NCBI GenBank assembly: GCA_038816475.1
Contig: JAWBAI010000015.1
Coordinates: 1 to 10,657 of the forward strand
Length of the DNA stretch: 10,657 bases
From: Desulfurococcaceae archaeon
GTDB taxonomy: Archaea > Thermoproteota > Thermoprotei_A > Sulfolobales > Desulfurococcaceae
Direction: 5' to 3'
Shown: one piece after another, positions 5,827 through 10,657 of the stretch
How the letters are laid out: each line of letters begins with the position of its first letter
Position numbering within the stretch: the first letter of the stretch is position 1
Notes under the pieces: model-generated
The model's database searches: none
What the model was told of the DNA's origin: nothing
Seen by the model: the letters and a program-made list of their open reading frames with translations, nothing else
Translations under genes and position numbers: made by a program

Positions 5827-6277
5827 TTCTAGGGTTTCCCCAGGGAATTAGCTTCAACAAACTTTGTTTGAGCTTGGTTGTTCAGACCAGTGTTCTCACC
5901 GGGTTTAACGCATAGTAGTGCATAGGACTGAAGGAACTTGCTTCATATGCGAGCACTTGCAACAAAGATGCATAGATCGATCTTTCTTTTAACCTAGCTC
6001 TTCTCTCAGCATCCCCGATCATCTTTGCTATTTACAACTTTTCGCTAGGAGACAGGTCTCTGATCGCACCCCTAGAACAAACCGAGCCCCTGTAGTAGCT
6101 TCCTAAACTCGAGTATAACTCTAGCTGTGCTAAGCTCGAGTAAGAGGTCATTAGTAAGAAGCTGTGCAGCGATTTCCATTTCCTAACTCTGTTCTCGTAT
6201 TTCGGGAAATGGCAATACGAAGAGATAGGTTCAGATGTTATAGATTAAAATGAGTAACGATCATTGAGGTTTGAGCG

Positions 6278-7684
<1,407 letters not shown>

Positions 7685-8191
7685 CTAAAGGAGCAGTCTC
7701 AGTAGAGCGGTGATCACGAGTGCGATTGCTACAGCGATGGATATGTAAACGACTAATCTACTCCAGTTCACTCTTCTAGCTTTTTCCACTGGTTTTACAA
7801 TCTCCTGTTCAGCGGTTTCCTTTCTCTCTATTCTGAACGTGGGTTCTCTGGAAACCTCTGGTAGACTACCTACGCATTCGATCCCTCTCAGAACACCTAT
7901 GAGTAGATCTGCGTAGTCGCGCAGAGACTTGAAGCGTGGATCGCTTGTGACTATCTTCTCGACCATGTCAACGTAGCATGATAGCTTCGAAAGTTCTTCT
8001 CTGAGCATGGGGTGGTTGAGGGCTTTCTCTAAGCAGGACTTAGTGCAAGAGGAGTCTCCAAGACACTCGTCCTGTATATCATAGAGAAGAGATGATAGTT
8101 TAACAAGGAATCCGTCAACGCTTCTAACGTACTTAAGCTCGTTAACTGTTATTCTTATCTTCTCCTCGAGCCAGAAATCCGGGGTCGTCAT
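7685..8191 (-). CDS. Hypothetical protein with a single C-terminal transmembrane anchor
   Basis: 168 aa: a helical soluble domain with 5 Cys, a charged linker, then 'RRVNWSRLVVYISIAVAIALVITALLRLLL'. GGGTG RBS lies 5 nt before the ATG. The gene starts 13 nt after the trkH stop, so it is probably co-transcribed. Confidence 0.8.
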   Translation of the reverse strand: MTTPDFWLEEKIRITVNELKYVRSVDGFLVKLSSLLYDIQDECLGDSSCTKSCLEKALNHPMLREELSKLSCYVDMVEKIVTSDPRFKSLRDYADLLIGVLRGIECVGSLPEVSREPTFRIERKETAEQEIVKPVEKARRVNWSRLVVYISIAVAIALVITALLRLLL

Positions 8192-8204
8192 CTTAACACC
8201 CGTG

Positions 8205-9662
8205 TTACTTCAAGACAACTCTATACTTTCTTGCTACTACAATGCCTATTAGTGTTAGCAGAGGAATGTACTCAAGTCTACCAAGGTACATTAGCGAGAT
8301 CAAAACAATCTTAGCACTCAATGGAATGTGCTGAGACGTTACTCCGGTTGATAATCCTACAGCGCTTGCAGCTGAGGTTGCTTCGAAGAACGCGTCGACG
8401 AAGTCTATACCTGGTAGAATAGATTTGATCAAACCTGCACCTAGTAGTACTATGAACAGATGAACAAACACGAACAGAACGGTTGATGACACCTCGTGCT
8501 CGTCCAGAACCTCGTCTCCGAGCTTAACACTTGGTGCTACTAAACCACCAGTTATCATCTTCAAAACGTGGGATTTAAACTTGCTCACGAGTACAACGAG
8601 TCTCACAACTTTTATTCCGCCTACAGTAGCGAAGCTCATACCACCAATGAACATGGCTAACGTGAGGATTAGTTTAAGCTCTGGCGGTAGCTCGCCTACA
8701 CTACCTATGTTGAAGCCGGTTGTTGTTAACGCTGAGAGAGCGTTGAAACCTCCAGTGGTTAAAGCCTTCTCCAGTGACCAGTTAACTCTTGGAAGTACAG
8801 CCAGAGTAGATAGTAGAGTGAAAAAGACGCATAGAACCATGTAAGCTCTGAACTCAACATTTCTCCATGCTCGTCGAAACTCGCCGCTCAGCAGGTAGCC
8901 AATGATAACAAAGCTCGTTCCACCAAGTATCATCAAAGCTGTTATGGGGTATATGCTTAGTGGTGCATACTCAAAAACTCTTTGGTAGTTGGAATCGTAG
9001 GTACTCATACCACCAGTTGCTATAGCTGTCATTGTGTGAACAACGGCATCAAGAGGTTCTACTCCAAGGTATATGCAGATAACTATCCCCACGACTGTTA
9101 TAACAGAGTACATGTAGAATATGCTCTTAGCGGTTTTTCTCAGAGAAGCTGATATTCTCACTGGTCTTTCAATGCTGTAGAGTATGTAGCCAAATCTCCA
9201 GAAGAACGGCATTATTACAGCTGCAAAGACCACAAAACCCAGTTCACCCGTCCACTGCATGAGTCCTCTCCAGAAGAGCAAACCCTTCTTCGTGCTATCG
9301 AGGTTTCTCATGATGGTTAAACCAGTACCTGTGAACCCGGATACGGATTCAAAGAAGGCGTCTTCAAAAGGTAGCAAGGCTTCTAAGCTCATAGCAATAG
9401 AGCTTAAGGCAGGAACTAGTAACCAGATGAGTGAGTACGCACATAGGGATTCCAGGAGACCTGGCTCTGTAGGTTTATATTTATGTGTGATGAGCTTGTA
9501 GCTTGCAAATCCAAGTACGCTGTAGGTTAAACCTAGTACTAGGAACCAGGTAGAAGGAGGTTCTCCGTATATCACGTCGATCAGCGGAACAGTGATCATC
9601 AGAATTCCCAGGAGGGAAATAATCAGTACAACCTCTTCGAGTATGACGATCAGCCTTAGCAT
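8205..9662 (-). CDS. trkH: TrkH-family potassium uptake membrane protein
   Basis: 485 aa. Four pore-loop motifs: 'FESVSGFTGTGLT', 'TAIATGGMS', 'SALTTTGF' and 'SAASAVGLS'. Also 'LFWRGLMQWTGELG', 'MFIGG...TVGGIKVVR' and 'LMYLGRLE'. Confidence 0.95.
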   Translation of the reverse strand: MLRLIVILEEVVLIISLLGILMITVPLIDVIYGEPPSTWFLVLGLTYSVLGFASYKLITHKYKPTEPGLLESLCAYSLIWLLVPALSSIAMSLEALLPFEDAFFESVSGFTGTGLTIMRNLDSTKKGLLFWRGLMQWTGELGFVVFAAVIMPFFWRFGYILYSIERPVRISASLRKTAKSIFYMYSVITVVGIVICIYLGVEPLDAVVHTMTAIATGGMSTYDSNYQRVFEYAPLSIYPITALMILGGTSFVIIGYLLSGEFRRAWRNVEFRAYMVLCVFFTLLSTLAVLPRVNWSLEKALTTGGFNALSALTTTGFNIGSVGELPPELKLILTLAMFIGGMSFATVGGIKVVRLVVLVSKFKSHVLKMITGGLVAPSVKLGDEVLDEHEVSSTVLFVFVHLFIVLLGAGLIKSILPGIDFVDAFFEATSAASAVGLSTGVTSQHIPLSAKIVLISLMYLGRLEYIPLLTLIGIVVARKYRVVLK

Positions 9663-9775
9663 GGATTACTAGCCTCTTACTATGCACGGAGTAATACTCA
9701 TGTTGCTAAAATTAATATACCTTCAGCTATGTTTTGCAACACCACGTATTCAAGAGCAAGGAAACTCCGTCAGAG

Positions 9776-9789
9776 TATTTATTTAAAAA
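9776..9789 (+). promoter_or_regulatory. AT-rich TATA candidate (TATTTATTTAAAAA) in the trkH/Lsm divergent intergenic region
   Basis: TTTAAAAA at 9782-9789 lies about 60 nt upstream of the Lsm start. Orientation is ambiguous. Confidence 0.4.
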
Positions 9790-9849
9790 CCCTATCATAG
9801 TACATTTATGTGTCTGAGAAATTGCTGTTGAATCAAGGGGAATGGTTTT

Positions 9850-10140
9850 TTGAGTCCACAGCAAAGGAACACAAAACCACCAAACCCGTTGAAAATACTC
9901 AAGTCAGCTGAAGGAAACATTGTTTTGGTGAAAACAAAAGGTGGATACGAGTACGTGGGTTTACTAGAGTTAACCGATGGTGTAATGAACGTTGTTCTAG
10001 CGGACTGCGTTGAGTACAATAATGGAGAACCAACACTGAGACTGGGCAAGGTCATAATTAGGGGAAGCAACATAGAGTTCATCAGCATAGACTACGGAAG
10101 AATAGCCCCAGAAAATGTACAATTCAAAATAAAACGCTAA
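9850..10140 (+). CDS. Sm-like archaeal protein (Lsm), SmAP2 type
   Basis: N-terminal helix 'NPLKILKSA', Sm1 '[31 protein letters not shown]' and Sm2 '[17 protein letters not shown]'. DG.MN in place of D.HMN, and the RGSNI.FIS.DY tail, are typical of crenarchaeal SmAP2. Confidence 0.92.
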   Translation: MSPQQRNTKPPNPLKILKSAEGNIVLVKTKGGYEYVGLLELTDGVMNVVLADCVEYNNGEPTLRLGKVIIRGSNIEFISIDYGRIAPENVQFKIKR

Positions 10141-10657
10141 CGAAAATCACTTCACCATTCAAGGTAAGCAATATTCAGGGATGAGATGAAATTAAGGTAT
10201 AACGACAAGATAGCAGATGCGTTAAGTACTTGAAAGTAGCCAGGGGCGATTAGAGCTGAGTTTAAAGCATCCTACACGTGGAACTGGTTGAGGGTCTCTA
10301 CATGCTTAATCTCCGATTTCAATGTGAAAACGCTAAGGTAATCAGCTACTCGTTCGCTAAATCCTAAACAAAGCTTTATCGTTTTCTCTAGGTGAAGTTC
10401 ACAATGTACCAGCTACGAAGTAGCTCTATCTTTACTCCTTCCGGCAGGTTTATCAACTCTTCAATAATTCCGCGACCATATTGACTGCTTGACACAAATT
10501 CATGATTAGAAATAGAACTGTTGATAACCTTGACTCTAAGAGGTGCTTAGGTAGCTACGTTCTCGTGTAGACATAAGTATTGGCTGAATCGAACACGCGA
10601 TTTGTAGTGTTCAAGCCAATTATCTCCAAAGAACGCTGAGTAATAAGAGACTATGTC

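Noticed and set aside
6108-6167. Short direct repeats CTCGAGTA x2 and AGCTGTGC x2
   Set aside because: Only 8 bp and two copies each with irregular spacing, which is not an array.
6139-6183. Minus-strand GGAAATGG...CTAATGACCTCTTAC resembles a fluoride (crcB) riboswitch
   Set aside because: The required P1 and P3 pairings cannot form, and no fluoride-related gene follows.

Overview
Ordinary chromosomal backbone of a (hyper)thermophilic archaeon, most likely a crenarchaeon of Desulfurococcales type. This is inferred from the protein families, GGTG/GGAGG-type RBSs, TTTAA-type TATA boxes, frequent TTG/GTG starts and an SmAP2-type Lsm gene. Ten CDSs are supported: a YhhQ/VUT preQ0-type transporter, NadE, a 156-aa hypothetical protein, a catalytically degenerate phosphohexomutase-like protein coupled to an upstream NDP-sugar nucleotidyltransferase, a coiled-coil/ribbon-helix-helix protein, a class III PLP aminotransferase, a tail-anchored Cys-containing hypothetical protein, TrkH and SmAP2. 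I found no tRNA, rRNA, CRISPR array or mobile element. The best leads are (1) the nucleotidyltransferase plus pseudo-mutase pair, which looks like a split version of a bacterial fusion protein, (2) the RHH gene with a repeat-rich candidate operator wrapped around its own TATA box, and (3) a minus-strand H-type pseudoknot candidate covering the start codon of a small ORF in the 508-bp gap at 5827-6334. All family calls come from motif recognition by eye; no searches were run.
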